A DNA stretch of 32,000 bases, taken from assembly GCA_951812855.1 (NCBI GenBank), contig OX638337.1, positions 1,890,001 to 1,922,000 on the forward strand, given 5' to 3'. Numbering within the stretch: position 1 is the stretch's first letter; every line of letters begins with the position of its first letter. Of this stretch, positions 1-9,909 are shown piece by piece. Under the pieces are notes generated by a model. It made no database searches and had not been told where the DNA came from. It saw nothing but the letters and a program-made list of their open reading frames with translations. This DNA comes from an uncultured Lentisphaeria bacterium (GTDB lineage: Bacteria; Verrucomicrobiota; Lentisphaeria; JABSQK01; JAJFLO01). A program made the translations under genes and the position numbers.

Positions 1-468
1 GGCATTAATATCTGCTACGAAGATATATTCCCGGAAATCAGTCGTCGAATGGTTCTCGAAGGTGCGAATGTCCTGCTTGTTATCACAAACGACGCCTGGT
101 TTGGTGAATCATCAGGGGCCCGCCAACATTTATCCCATGCAGTTTTTAGAGCTGTAGAAAACCAAAGACCAATTTTAAGGAATGGAAATAATAGCGATAC
201 GTGTATAATCATGCCGAATGGTGAAATTAAAGATTTAATGCGTGATCCGGTGAGCGGCTCATCATTTGCAAGAATGGCCCGGGTTTATAAGGTCCCGATT
301 TGGGAATCACTGACAACCACGTTTTATACACGTTACGGCAATGTTTTTGCCGTTTTCTGTTTTGTAATCTCGCTATTGGGATTGATCTGGTGTTTTACGC
401 GATTTCTTGATAAAAAAAGAAAATTATATGAATTGATTACCGAAGATTCAGAAAAAATTCTTTCTTGA
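1..468 (+). CDS. lnt: apolipoprotein N-acyltransferase, C-terminal part (5' end outside window)
   Basis: Frame 1 is open from base 1 (GINICYEDIFPEISRR precedes the tracked Met at 49). It has the CN-hydrolase catalytic-Cys motif ICYE, NDAWFG, and a terminal hydrophobic helix VFAVFCFVISLLGLIWCF, as in Lnt C-termini. Confidence 0.8.
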   Translation, partial: GINICYEDIFPEISRRMVLEGANVLLVITNDAWFGESSGARQHLSHAVFRAVENQRPILRNGNNSDTCIIMPNGEIKDLMRDPVSGSSFARMARVYKVPIWESLTTTFYTRYGNVFAVFCFVISLLGLIWCFTRFLDKKRKLYELITEDSEKILS

Positions 469-742
469 CTATCAACATCGCTGAGCATCAGCTTAAAGTG
501 GATGAATAATCAAATTCGATATTTTTCTTAGATCTGAATATTCAGCTGATCGCCTGCTCATACTCCAACTTCTCCTCTTATCCACAATAAATTTTCGTAA
601 AAACCCAATCAGTTAATCCTTTAATATGCCATAAAATATTTGTAATAAATATGTTATATATCAGCGATGTTTTTTGACCGTTATTTTAATAATTCATTAG
701 TTTTTCCGGTCATTTTGACTGTTAAATTTTAAGGAGAACACA

Positions 743-945
743 GTGCAAAGTCAATCGAAGGTTTCAAATCAACAGCAGTGTTTATGTCAGGGGTTGTCAG
801 AGATGCTTAATCCTGACCATGCGTTGTATCAAATCAATTATTATCGCGTAAGATTCCCCGGGATGAGGTTGATAAAGACTTTGCGACGTATTACACGGAT
901 TTTGGTTGTCCTGCGAAGAGAACGGTAATGCAGTTTTTTCTGTAA
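743..945 (+). pseudogene. IS5/IS1182-type (DUF772 N-terminal domain) transposase remnant, frameshifted and truncated
   Basis: AAGGAG lies 7 nt upstream of GTG 743. The first frame gives GLSEMLNPDHALYQI. After a frame change near 850 it continues KIPRDEVDKDFATYYTDFGCPAKRTVM. Together these resemble the conserved 'L..l.pdH.l..i..idW..ve..f...Y...GrPa...r.m' start of DUF772 transposases. A stop at 943-945 ends it after ~65 codons. Confidence 0.5.
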
Positions 946-963
946 TTTGATAATCGCGGGTCA

Positions 964-1185
964 TTAATCATCCATTTTCAGGTATCGCTTTCCAGCGTCC
1001 CGTTGGTTACTGATTTCGATCAAAATGGCAGTTGCCGATCTAAGTAATGATGCCTCGTTTGGGAAGAGTGATGCGATGCGTGTTCGTCGCTTTAATTTCT
1101 TGTTTATGTTTTCTGCCATATCAGTGGTACGTCATCGTCTATGGTGATGTTTGTTTGGAAACTGATGCCGACTCCATTGAATAAA
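964..1185 (-). pseudogene. IS256-family (Mutator-type) transposase C-terminal remnant
   Basis: My minus-strand translation is QFPNKHHHRR*RTTDMAENINKKLKRRTRIASLFPNEASLLRSATAILIEISNQRDAGKRYLKMDD*. This matches the conserved IS256 C-terminus (TTN.iE..N..lKRRtr....FPNe.s.lR). There is an in-frame TGA at 1132-1134, and the whole catalytic N-terminal part is absent. Confidence 0.6.
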
Positions 1186-1217
1186 TCATGTTAAACGACT
1201 GGGCAGCAGAGGAAATC

Positions 1218-1847
1218 TTACGGGCTTGTGTTCAGCTTTTTTTCATTAGGCAGATTAAATTGTTGGGAACGGGATTGAATTTTTTCTTCCATGATATTAA
1301 AGAGATCCTCCAGGGTTCCCTGGTTTAATACTTGATTATATTGTGAACGGTATGTGGATATCAAACTAATACCTTGAATTTCGATATCATAAATTTTCAA
1401 CATATCTCTGGACTTATATATTTTAAACAGGATTAAATATTGTTCGCTTTTTGATTCCATAGTCATAGGGATATGGATTTTATTCTTAACTAATTCTGAT
1501 TTACCAAGTTCAACAGTTTCATCTTCAAAGAGTAGAAACTTTTCCAACATAGACGTATGCATTCGTTTTGTGAATAACGTCACAAACCGTTCCTGCTGTT
1601 CGGGGTTACTCGTCATCCATTGGTGCTTTCCCATTGTTAATTTTGCCATTAAACTGAAATCAACAATCGGAGCAATTGTATCAATAATATGTTGTTTCCT
1701 GGTCTCAGAATCCAATGATTTGTTACTCAAAACAGAGAGGATGTTATTAATAGAATCGCCAATCATTTTTTCTGCATCACGCTGTATATCTGATTTAGCT
1801 GTGATAGATAAGAGCACGAGTAGGATTATATAGTAAAGTGGTTTCAT
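1218..1847 (-). CDS. mlaC: MlaC/Ttg2D-family periplasmic phospholipid-binding protein
   Basis: Signal peptide MKPLYYIILLVLLSITAKS. The Ttg2D-like core reads IAPIVDFSLMAKLTMGKHQW...EQQERFVTLFTKRM. The ATGA overlap with the upstream mlaA stop (1844-1847) indicates an operon. Confidence 0.65.
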   Translation of the reverse strand: MKPLYYIILLVLLSITAKSDIQRDAEKMIGDSINNILSVLSNKSLDSETRKQHIIDTIAPIVDFSLMAKLTMGKHQWMTSNPEQQERFVTLFTKRMHTSMLEKFLLFEDETVELGKSELVKNKIHIPMTMESKSEQYLILFKIYKSRDMLKIYDIEIQGISLISTYRSQYNQVLNQGTLEDLFNIMEEKIQSRSQQFNLPNEKKLNTSP

Positions 1848-2671
1848 TTTTCTACTTTCGATTTTCGAAGGTTCTGCAGTGCATCGCGTGAAAAGGTATA
1901 CGGATCAACAGCATCTTTCATAAATGTATCATATTCATCAAGATGCAGGGACAGATGATTTACTCTCACAGTAAAACCTAATCCTGTTCTGGCAATATGC
2001 GAATTAAGATAATTCGGTGGATATAAAAAATAGTCCGGAATCAGGCCAATGGCATCTCTAATATTTGAAATTCCAAAAATGGGAAGAACTATGATAAATC
2101 CACTTTTAACTTTGTAATGTCCGAGTGTTTGTCCAAAATCTTCCTTATAAGTTTTTAAGTCAAACTTGTTTTTGGCGTAGTCCCTAAACCCAAGTAAACC
2201 AACTGTGGTATTCAATCCGAATCTGGCACATTCAATACCAGCTTTTTTTACTTTTAACTGTAATAGATTATTGATACATCGTTGGGGAAAACCCAGGTTG
2301 TCAAAAAAATTTCCTATCCCGCGTCTTCCTTTTTCCGGTATGATCTTAGAATAGCCTTTTGCACAAGGTCTGATTACAAATTCAAATAACTTGTCATTTA
2401 TCTTAAACATGAACCGGTTATACTTCAACAATGGGTCGATATTTTTTTGCTTCCCGCTCTCAGCACTGAATTCGTTTTCGAGTTCGTCAAAAAAATCATC
2501 AGTAAATTCAGGATCTTCAGCTGAAACCCAATTCCCGTTTAAAAGAAAGACACACAAAATAAGAATTCTCAATACTGTGGCTATTGCGAATTTAAGTTTG
2601 TTTGCGGGCATCCGGCACACGTTTTTCAGCCTAATGAAATTCTCTTGTCTATAATTTATGAAAACAGACAT
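1844..2671 (-). CDS. mlaA: MlaA/VacJ-family outer-membrane lipoprotein
   Basis: VacJ motifs: DPLLKYNRFMFKINDKLFEFVIRP, GIGNFFDNLGFPQRCINNLLQ, RFGLNTTVGLLGFRD. A more likely start is the Met at 2611, directly before the hydrophobic signal sequence KLKFAIATVLRILILCVFLL. Confidence 0.8.
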   Translation of the reverse strand: MSVFINYRQENFIRLKNVCRMPANKLKFAIATVLRILILCVFLLNGNWVSAEDPEFTDDFFDELENEFSAESGKQKNIDPLLKYNRFMFKINDKLFEFVIRPCAKGYSKIIPEKGRRGIGNFFDNLGFPQRCINNLLQLKVKKAGIECARFGLNTTVGLLGFRDYAKNKFDLKTYKEDFGQTLGHYKVKSGFIIVLPIFGISNIRDAIGLIPDYFLYPPNYLNSHIARTGLGFTVRVNHLSLHLDEYDTFMKDAVDPYTFSRDALQNLRKSKVEK

Positions 2672-2736
2672 CTGACTATTTTACATATTTACATTTCAAC
2701 TAAACTAATACACAAGTAAATGATATGAAATCGGAA

Positions 2737-3975
2737 TTAGTTATATTGTTCCAATGCTTTGATTCGCAGAAGAACAGGCGGATGGCTATATTCCAGAATT
2801 ACTTTCAATGGATGAGGAGCCAGGTTTGAAAGGTTATCGGAACTCAATTTTTTTAGTGCTTTGACCAGTGATTCTGGGTTTTTAACTGTTTTTGCTGCAT
2901 ATCGATCTGCTTCAAATTCATATTTTCTGGAGAGAAAATTCGTGGCCATTGAAATAACCAATGAAATAGGTGTATATAGAAATCCAAAAAATATCATACT
3001 GCCATAGACTGAAACATTGTCCATCTTAAATGCGTTGAATAAATTTACGTTATTGATGAATAAAGATAAAATATAAAACATCAACCCAGTTGAAATTATA
3101 GAAATAATAATAAATTTGTGAATATGTTTTTTCTTAAAATGTCCCATTTCGTGTGCTAATATTGCGACCAGCTCATCAACGGAATGTTTTTCTATAAGCG
3201 TGTCGTATAAAACGATTCTTCTGAATTTACCAAATCCTGTAAAAAATGCGTTTGATTTGGATGATCGTTTTGAACCATCCATTTTAAAAATTCCGTTTAG
3301 CCGGAAAGATTCCTTCCGGGCATAGTCTTCTATACTTGATTTTAATTCCCCTTCTTCCAGTGGCGTAAATTTATTGAAAACCGGCATGAGAACCACGGGT
3401 GCCAGAAACATTAAAAATATTTGAAAAACTGTGAAAGTTAACCAGGCATAAACCCATGCAGAATCGCCAGCTTTTTCAAAAAAGCTGAAAATTGCAGCAA
3501 GAACAGGACCTCCAATGATGACAGTTAAAAAGAGACCTTTTATAAAGTCAAGTATGTAGGTTGGAAACTTAGTTTTATTGAACCCGTATTTTTCTTCGAT
3601 TACAAACGTATCATAGATTGAAAATGGCAGACTCAGTATTTGACTGCATAAAACTAAAATCCCGGTAAATATGAGTCCGGTTGTAACTGTTGAACCCGAA
3701 TAAATTTTTCTAGCCAGAAGATCAATATAATTAAATCCGCCCGACAATAAGAAAATAATGATTACAGGTGTGCTGATTGTACTCTGAACCAGACCTGAAA
3801 GGGTACTGTCTTTTAAATATTTTTGAGACTTTTTATATTCTTCTTCGCTATAATAATCATCAAAACCGTCTGGTAAATTTTCCTGAATATTGTGTAGATT
3901 CATATATTCTATGATCAAATCAATTAAATATGATCCGATAAGAATTGAAAGAACTATTATTAGAAATGTATTCAT
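2737..3975 (-). CDS. M48-family (Ste24/CAAX-prenyl-protease-like) integral membrane zinc metalloprotease
   Basis: Multiple N-terminal TM helices; HEMGHFKKKH (HExxH) zinc site; downstream EFEADRYA glutamate motif. Length (412 aa) and layout are typical of M48A. Confidence 0.8.
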   Translation of the reverse strand: MNTFLIIVLSILIGSYLIDLIIEYMNLHNIQENLPDGFDDYYSEEEYKKSQKYLKDSTLSGLVQSTISTPVIIIFLLSGGFNYIDLLARKIYSGSTVTTGLIFTGILVLCSQILSLPFSIYDTFVIEEKYGFNKTKFPTYILDFIKGLFLTVIIGGPVLAAIFSFFEKAGDSAWVYAWLTFTVFQIFLMFLAPVVLMPVFNKFTPLEEGELKSSIEDYARKESFRLNGIFKMDGSKRSSKSNAFFTGFGKFRRIVLYDTLIEKHSVDELVAILAHEMGHFKKKHIHKFIIISIISTGLMFYILSLFINNVNLFNAFKMDNVSVYGSMIFFGFLYTPISLVISMATNFLSRKYEFEADRYAAKTVKNPESLVKALKKLSSDNLSNLAPHPLKVILEYSHPPVLLRIKALEQYN

Positions 3976-4452
3976 TAAGATTGAGATTGAGATTAATTAA
4001 TTTGGGTTGAATGATTAAATAGTGCACGGCATCAATAGAATCTTCAAATTCACTCTTTAAATAATGTTGATGGAATCCATCCTCCGGTCAATTGCAGCGG
4101 TTTTATATCATCGGCTGTATTTATCCAGACGGCAATACCATATTTTTGAAAGTGTTTGCTCATTAATCCAGGTAAACGCACGGTCCAGATAGAATACTTC
4201 CCCCGGTATAGGATAATTCAAACACTTCCCGGGCATATTTGATTAAACAAATTCTTGAGGATTGACTTTTCAGTTATATGGTCTTGCATATATAGATATA
4301 GGGATTTATAGAAATTGTATCAACAGATAAAAGTAGTAGAATAAACGTATTCATCTAATAAAGAAACACAAGATTCAATTTGTTAAACAAACTGGTTTCA
4401 ATAGCTTAAACAGTACCGTTTTAAAAATCAAATTATAGATTTAATCAGAATA

Positions 4453-5019
4453 ATGAACATACCAAACCAACTGACAATTGGCAGATTAGTCCTTACTGCT
4501 GTATGGGTGGCTCTTGCAGCGATTCCCGAAGAATATCCGAATAGTATGCTTTATTGGAAAATCGGTTATATCATTGCTGTCATCGCCGGATTCACTGATT
4601 TTTTTGATGGCTATATTGCCAGGAAATTTGAATTGATCACGACATTTGGCAAACTGATGGATCCTCTTGCAGATAAGATTTTTACCGTAAGTTGTTTTGT
4701 CGTTTTAACTGAACATGCAGTCGTTCCCGCCTGGATAACTATTCTTATATTAACTCGTGAGTTTGCAGTTAATGGATTACGGTCGTTGGCAGCAAATAAA
4801 GGTAAAGTCATGACTGCTTCCTGGATTGGCAAATGTAAAACGGTGAGTCAAATGCTGGTATTGCTGGTCGGTGGATCTATTTGGGTTCAATGGATTCCAA
4901 ATATTCCAATCGTACTCCTGATCTGGAAAATTTTATTACTTTGGTTAGCAATATTTACACTTTATACCGGGATTGAATATTTTATCAAAAATCGCAATTT
5001 ATATATGAATAGTCTTTAG
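4453..5019 (+). CDS. pgsA: CDP-diacylglycerol--glycerol-3-phosphate 3-phosphatidyltransferase
   Basis: CDP-alcohol phosphatidyltransferase signature DFFDGYIARKFELITTFGKLMDPLADKI; 188 aa, polytopic. Confidence 0.8.
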   Translation: MNIPNQLTIGRLVLTAVWVALAAIPEEYPNSMLYWKIGYIIAVIAGFTDFFDGYIARKFELITTFGKLMDPLADKIFTVSCFVVLTEHAVVPAWITILILTREFAVNGLRSLAANKGKVMTASWIGKCKTVSQMLVLLVGGSIWVQWIPNIPIVLLIWKILLLWLAIFTLYTGIEYFIKNRNLYMNSL

Positions 5020-5165
5020 CTGAAATCCAGACCTTCAGCAGAATTACAATATGATATTGCAGTAGAAATCATATAATCATATTCCCCCATTTATCATTAC
5101 TTCAAGACGTGGTATTTCATAAATTCTTTTTTTCGCAGGTTTAAACCATGTAATAAAAAGATTTC

Positions 5166-7541
5166 ATGCAGAAACTATTATATTCTAAGCTAAATCAATT
5201 TTTTCAATACAATACATTTCTGGGAGGTCAGGAAGAGGTTGTTACAAAGATTGCCGCCGGAGAGCAAATGTGTGTCATTATGCCGACCGGGTCCGGGAAA
5301 TCGTTGTGTTTCCAGTTACCGGCACTTTTAAAGGATGGCTATACACTGGTCGTTTCCCCTCTGATATCACTGATGAAAGATCAGGTTGACGCCCTGAAGC
5401 AAAGAAATATACCCGCTGCATTTCTCAACAGCACGCAAACATTCAGCGAGCAGCAAACAATAATTAGTGAGGTTCTCTCCGGGAGCGTAAAATTGCTCTA
5501 TATCGCACCTGAACGGCTGCACAGCAAAAGTTTTCACAGTCTCGTACACAATCTCCAGCCGGAAATGCTTGTTGTTGACGAGGCACATTGCATCAGCCAG
5601 TGGGGGCATGATTTTAGAACGGATTATATCAAAATTGGTAAGTTCCTTGAACATTGGAATGTCTCTCAGGTCTGTTGTTTTACTGCAACTGCTACACCGG
5701 TGGTACAGGAAGATATCGTCAGGCAAATTCGTAGGAATTTAAGTATTTTTGTCACAGGATATACGAGGCCAAACCTGGCCCTTTCTGTTATCCCCAGCCA
5801 CAAAAAAGATGACAAGCTTAAACGGATTAAATCGCTGATCGATGATTCCAAACCCACGATAATATATGCATCAACCCGAGACAATGTTGACCTGATTTCT
5901 GATGAACTCGAATGTATTCGATATCATGCAGGAATGTCTGATGCTGATCGTACCGATGCACAAAATAGATTCATGAATGATCAGAGTCCCGTTATTGCTG
6001 CAACAAATGCCTTCGGGATGGGGATTGACCGACCGGATATTCGGCAGGTAATTCATTTTAATATCCCGGGCAGTCTGGAAGCATATTATCAGGAAGCGGG
6101 ACGTGCCGGGCGAGATGGTGAGGATTCAGCCTGCATACTATTATTTTCTGAGGCAGATAGATTTACTCATAAATTTCTTATTGAAATTAATAATCTGTCA
6201 AAATTTATCGTTCTGGAAACCTACCAGACGCTGCTGCATTTATCTGATGATTTGGACAGTTATTATTTGGAGGTAAGTGTATCTCAATTAGCGTCGATGG
6301 TGTCATCTGCAAAAGGGGATCGGCAAATTAGTAATATATTAAAGATACTTGAAAAAAATGGCTATATAGATCGCGGTTATCGGCAGCAGAATAAAGGACT
6401 TTTAAGAAGTAACCGGAGTATCCGGGAACTGCAGGAATATGGAGCCGGAGCAAACACGCAACGTTCTATTTTCGTTCAACGTATCCTCCATTATTATGGA
6501 TCCCGTGTCGAAGAAGGGTTTCCCTGTTCTTACGAAGAACTTGTATCTGTTACAAAATTTGACAGTGAAAAAGTGAAACGGGCACTGCGGGCATTGAATG
6601 GAAATGAACTGATTTGGGTTCCGCCATTTACAGGTCGAAGTATTACATTGCTAAAGCCTGAGGTTAAAATCCCGGATTTGGATTATAAAGAATTAGAAAA
6701 TAAGGTGGCATTGGAGAAACAACGGCTGGATGAAATGCTTTTATATCCGAGAGAGCGGAAATGTCGGCAGAAGTTTATAATCGACTATTTTGGTCAGAAG
6801 AATGATGATTGGTTGTGTCAGGTTTGTGATTTATGTAAATCCCGCGACCATGCCGATAAAAGACTGCCGACGGAAAGTGAATTGGACCAGATCATTACCA
6901 TTTTACGGGGTACGTTTGAATTGCATGGGGGCTATGGAAAAAATAAAGTTGCTCAATATTTATACGGATCCAGGCGTCAGGAAATTCTTAAAGTTAATTT
7001 GCATCACTATCCTTCGTATGGATTACTGAAAACTATCGGACAGTCAACTATACTCAGACTGATGGATACATTGATTAATCAGGAGTGCATAAAAATAATT
7101 GGCGATAAAAAATATCCAAGAATCAGTATTACTCCGCTGGGACGTGATGTTATAGAGAAAAAACAGAGTATTGCGTTTGAGCTTCATGACTTTGACCTGA
7201 ACAGCTCCACGACTGAATCAACCCCTTCATCCAGGAAAAGAAATGGAAAGAAATCCAAATCAAACATGGGAATGGAAGATTCTTTCTCCGGTGTTGATAA
7301 TGGCAACGATGATTTGTATGAACGATTGAGAATTTTTAGAAATGACATGGCGGCAGAGAAACGATTGATTCCTTATCAAATTGTAACTAACCGAACCCTG
7401 CAGGAAATGTCTTTGAAGGCACCAATGACGGTTGATGAAGCAAAAGGCATTCATGGGATCGGCAGGAAAAAGGAAAAAACAATCTTACCTAAGTTTATAG
7501 AAGAAATTAACAATTGGCGTAAAGAGAGTGCCCCAACATAA
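5166..7541 (+). CDS. recQ: RecQ-family ATP-dependent DNA helicase (long form with C-terminal HRDC)
   Basis: Helicase motifs MPTGSGKSLCFQLPAL, VVDEAHCISQWGHDFR, FTATAT and YYQEAGRAGRDG. Zn-binding motif CRQKFIIDYFG...CQVCDLC. C-terminal HRDC-like segment LYERLRIFRNDMAAEKRLIPYQIVTNRTLQEM. Confidence 0.9.
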   Translation: MQKLLYSKLNQFFQYNTFLGGQEEVVTKIAAGEQMCVIMPTGSGKSLCFQLPALLKDGYTLVVSPLISLMKDQVDALKQRNIPAAFLNSTQTFSEQQTIISEVLSGSVKLLYIAPERLHSKSFHSLVHNLQPEMLVVDEAHCISQWGHDFRTDYIKIGKFLEHWNVSQVCCFTATATPVVQEDIVRQIRRNLSIFVTGYTRPNLALSVIPSHKKDDKLKRIKSLIDDSKPTIIYASTRDNVDLISDELECIRYHAGMSDADRTDAQNRFMNDQSPVIAATNAFGMGIDRPDIRQVIHFNIPGSLEAYYQEAGRAGRDGEDSACILLFSEADRFTHKFLIEINNLSKFIVLETYQTLLHLSDDLDSYYLEVSVSQLASMVSSAKGDRQISNILKILEKNGYIDRGYRQQNKGLLRSNRSIRELQEYGAGANTQRSIFVQRILHYYGSRVEEGFPCSYEELVSVTKFDSEKVKRALRALNGNELIWVPPFTGRSITLLKPEVKIPDLDYKELENKVALEKQRLDEMLLYPRERKCRQKFIIDYFGQKNDDWLCQVCDLCKSRDHADKRLPTESELDQIITILRGTFELHGGYGKNKVAQYLYGSRRQEILKVNLHHYPSYGLLKTIGQSTILRLMDTLINQECIKIIGDKKYPRISITPLGRDVIEKKQSIAFELHDFDLNSSTTESTPSSRKRNGKKSKSNMGMEDSFSGVDNGNDDLYERLRIFRNDMAAEKRLIPYQIVTNRTLQEMSLKAPMTVDEAKGIHGIGRKKEKTILPKFIEEINNWRKESAPT

Positions 7542-7710
7542 GATAAATCAATGATCGGTGATAATTGAACGCAGCTGGTAACCTGATCCGGCACAGGCAA
7601 GGGTGTTTTAAGATTTAAGAGTTGAACATGATGTTTATTCAATTAAGTAAATATTCATATGCATATATTCCACAACAATTGCAGAAAGAATATAAGGATT
7701 TTTAGTTATT

Positions 7711-9252
7711 ATGAAAGTCGTCAGCACCCGGGATATGCGAGATTTAGACGCAAAAACAATCCAGGCCGGAACGCCGGGTGGAGTTTTAATGGAGAGAGCT
7801 GGAACGGGGGCGTTTCGGGAAATTCTATCATATATTGAACGCATTAATGAAAAGCATCGTACTTCGTTTAACATTCTTGCGGGAAAAGGGAATAATGGGG
7901 GGGATGGTTACGTAATAGCCAGATTACTTTTCGAAAATACAGACAGTTGTGTTCGTGTATTATCTGTTTGTAATAAAGATGAATTAAAAGGCGATGCAAA
8001 AATTAACGCCAATTATTTACCGAAACAGGTTGAGTTTATTATTGGGGACCGTATTCCGGATGAATGCTTCGGGACAGGAAATGTTTTTATAGACTGTCTG
8101 CTTGGGACTGGCTTTAGCGGAGCGTTAAGACAGCCTTATTGTTCCATTATAAATTCCGTTAATAAAAGTAAATGCAGTGTCATCGCCATTGATATTCCGT
8201 CCGGGGTAAATGCTGACACAGGCAGTGTCGATGACCATGCAATATGTGCTGATTTAACCGTTACCCTTGGTTTACCGAAACCAGGATTGTTTTTGAATCA
8301 GGGACATGAGTTATCCGGTATCGTTCGTTTAGTTGATATCGGAATACCAGATGAATTTGCTGATGAAAAAGAGTCTTTGTTTAATGTTGTATTTCATCAG
8401 GATATACAATCTGAAATTCTACGGTTACCGAAGAATTCCCATAAATCAACGATGGGCAAGATTCTTGTAATCGGGGGGTCAAAATGGTATCCGGGTGCTC
8501 CTTTATTATCCGGGCTTGGTGCCTTACGCATGGGCGGCGGGCTGGTAACTGCAGCCTATCCCGAGTCAATTACTTCACTTATGCGAATGAAGGAATTGTC
8601 GATTATTTTAACCCCGGTGAATGATAATAATCTCGGGTATCATTCAAATGAAATGATTGATCAATACCATCAGCTGCTTGATCAAAAAGATATCATCGTA
8701 CTTGGACCGGGACTTGGCCGGGAAAAAGATACAATCAAACTGGTACGGTGTCTGTTATCAACGAATAAGTCTGTTATTCTCGACGCAGATGCATTAAGTG
8801 CAATAAAAGGTCATGTTAATTTGTTTCCCAGAACCGGCACCACTATTCTGACACCGCATCAAGGCGAGATGGATCGGATTATTCAAGCCTCCGGGAAAAT
8901 AGATTTGTTAAATCAGTCCAGAGAATCCCAGGCGAAAACATTGGCTTCTGAATTTAATGTCTACATTATCTTAAAAGGAAGCAGGACGGTAATTGCAAGT
9001 CCGGAAGGTGAAATATGGATAAATTCTTCAGGAACTCCCGCACTTGCTTCTGGCGGAACCGGGGATGTGTTAACCGGAATGATCGCTGCCTGCTGCTGTC
9101 AGTTCGATGATGTGTTGACAGCACTCAAAGTTGCTGTTTTTATCCATGGTCTGGCAGCTGAACTCGCACCAAACGGGATGCGTAACTGTATTGCAGATGA
9201 TCTGCCTGCACTGATTGGAGTGGCCTTGAAAGACGTTACACCATTTGCCTGA
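7711..9252 (+). CDS. nnr: bifunctional NAD(P)H-hydrate repair enzyme (epimerase / ADP-dependent dehydratase)
   Basis: N-terminal YjeF_N motif GKGNNGGDGYV. C-terminal carbohydrate-kinase part has GGSKWYPGAPLLSGLGALRMGGG and GGTGDVLTGMIAA. Confidence 0.85.
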   Translation: MKVVSTRDMRDLDAKTIQAGTPGGVLMERAGTGAFREILSYIERINEKHRTSFNILAGKGNNGGDGYVIARLLFENTDSCVRVLSVCNKDELKGDAKINANYLPKQVEFIIGDRIPDECFGTGNVFIDCLLGTGFSGALRQPYCSIINSVNKSKCSVIAIDIPSGVNADTGSVDDHAICADLTVTLGLPKPGLFLNQGHELSGIVRLVDIGIPDEFADEKESLFNVVFHQDIQSEILRLPKNSHKSTMGKILVIGGSKWYPGAPLLSGLGALRMGGGLVTAAYPESITSLMRMKELSIILTPVNDNNLGYHSNEMIDQYHQLLDQKDIIVLGPGLGREKDTIKLVRCLLSTNKSVILDADALSAIKGHVNLFPRTGTTILTPHQGEMDRIIQASGKIDLLNQSRESQAKTLASEFNVYIILKGSRTVIASPEGEIWINSSGTPALASGGTGDVLTGMIAACCCQFDDVLTALKVAVFIHGLAAELAPNGMRNCIADDLPALIGVALKDVTPFA

Positions 9253-9909
9253 TTAAGAGTATACCTGCTTGTACTCCGGAACGTAAATATATCAGTGTTA
9301 ACACTGGTTGCCGGGGGGTCGTTGAAGTTCATCTGCTGCGGAGCGATTGTTTTTTATAATTAGAATAACACTACTGTATCCTGCAGCAACAGAAAACTTC
9401 GAGTTTCCTTTTATGTTAATTGAGGCCGTGCAACAGTACTATAATGCGTCTCGCAGCTGTATTCAGGGATTTGGAATTCTTTCTTTAGACGGACTTTTTA
9501 AAAAACAATAGCTGTAATGTGATCACCTATCTAAAAGTTAATACGTTTTGCACTTGTGTGTCTCAGTTTCTGACGTAAAACAATCCGGACTTTCGTATCG
9601 AAAATTGCAATGCTATGACAGGCTTACACTATGTCCACTTCCCGGCTTATCGGCTGATTTTCGTTATTAGGATTTTATCATCAGTCGAAGAAATTTATGA
9701 TCATTTGTGTATGAATTCATTTACAGGGAACTGTGGATAATCACGTAACAATAACGTATAATACGGTGAACGACATTAAATAATGTCTCAGATATGTGGG
9801 CAAATCATGCCGGTACAACAGATAGTGTTATATGAAGTTTAAGAAACTGGAATCAATTGAATTTGCCGATAGGGAAATTCAAGCGATAAAATATAAAGGC
9901 TGATAAGTT

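Noticed and set aside
743-928. The 61-aa ORF as a genuine small gene.
   Set aside because: Its first half matches a transposase N-terminus, and the homology continues in another frame. It is better explained as an IS remnant.
4020-4260. Minus-strand short frames upstream of the M48 protease gene (e.g. MSKHFQKYGIAVWINTADDIKPLQLTGGWIPSTLFKE*, then SEFEDSIDAVHYL in another frame) that look vaguely coding.
   Set aside because: Each is under 40 codons, they are interrupted by stops and frame changes, and I recognise no family. This cannot be supported as a gene or pseudogene without a database search.
5019-5039. Hairpin gctgaa-N9-ttcagc overlapping the pgsA stop, as a possible terminator. A similar weak hairpin follows lnt (~491-503), and another follows cas2 (31962-31974).
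   Set aside because: The stems are only 5-6 bp and none is followed by a T-tract, so they cannot be called intrinsic terminators.
9575-9665. Short matches to the RNase P RNA P4-forming motifs. GAAAGTCCGG appears on the minus strand (~9583-9592). TGTCCAC..CCCGGCTTATCGG appears on the plus strand (~9632-9653), resembling the 3' end of E. coli M1 RNA.
   Set aside because: The two motifs are on opposite strands and only ~60 nt apart. The ACAGAA element and the other conserved regions (GGUAAGAGC, GUAAACCCC) are absent. The surrounding sequence is AT-rich with no long helices. This is most likely coincidence.
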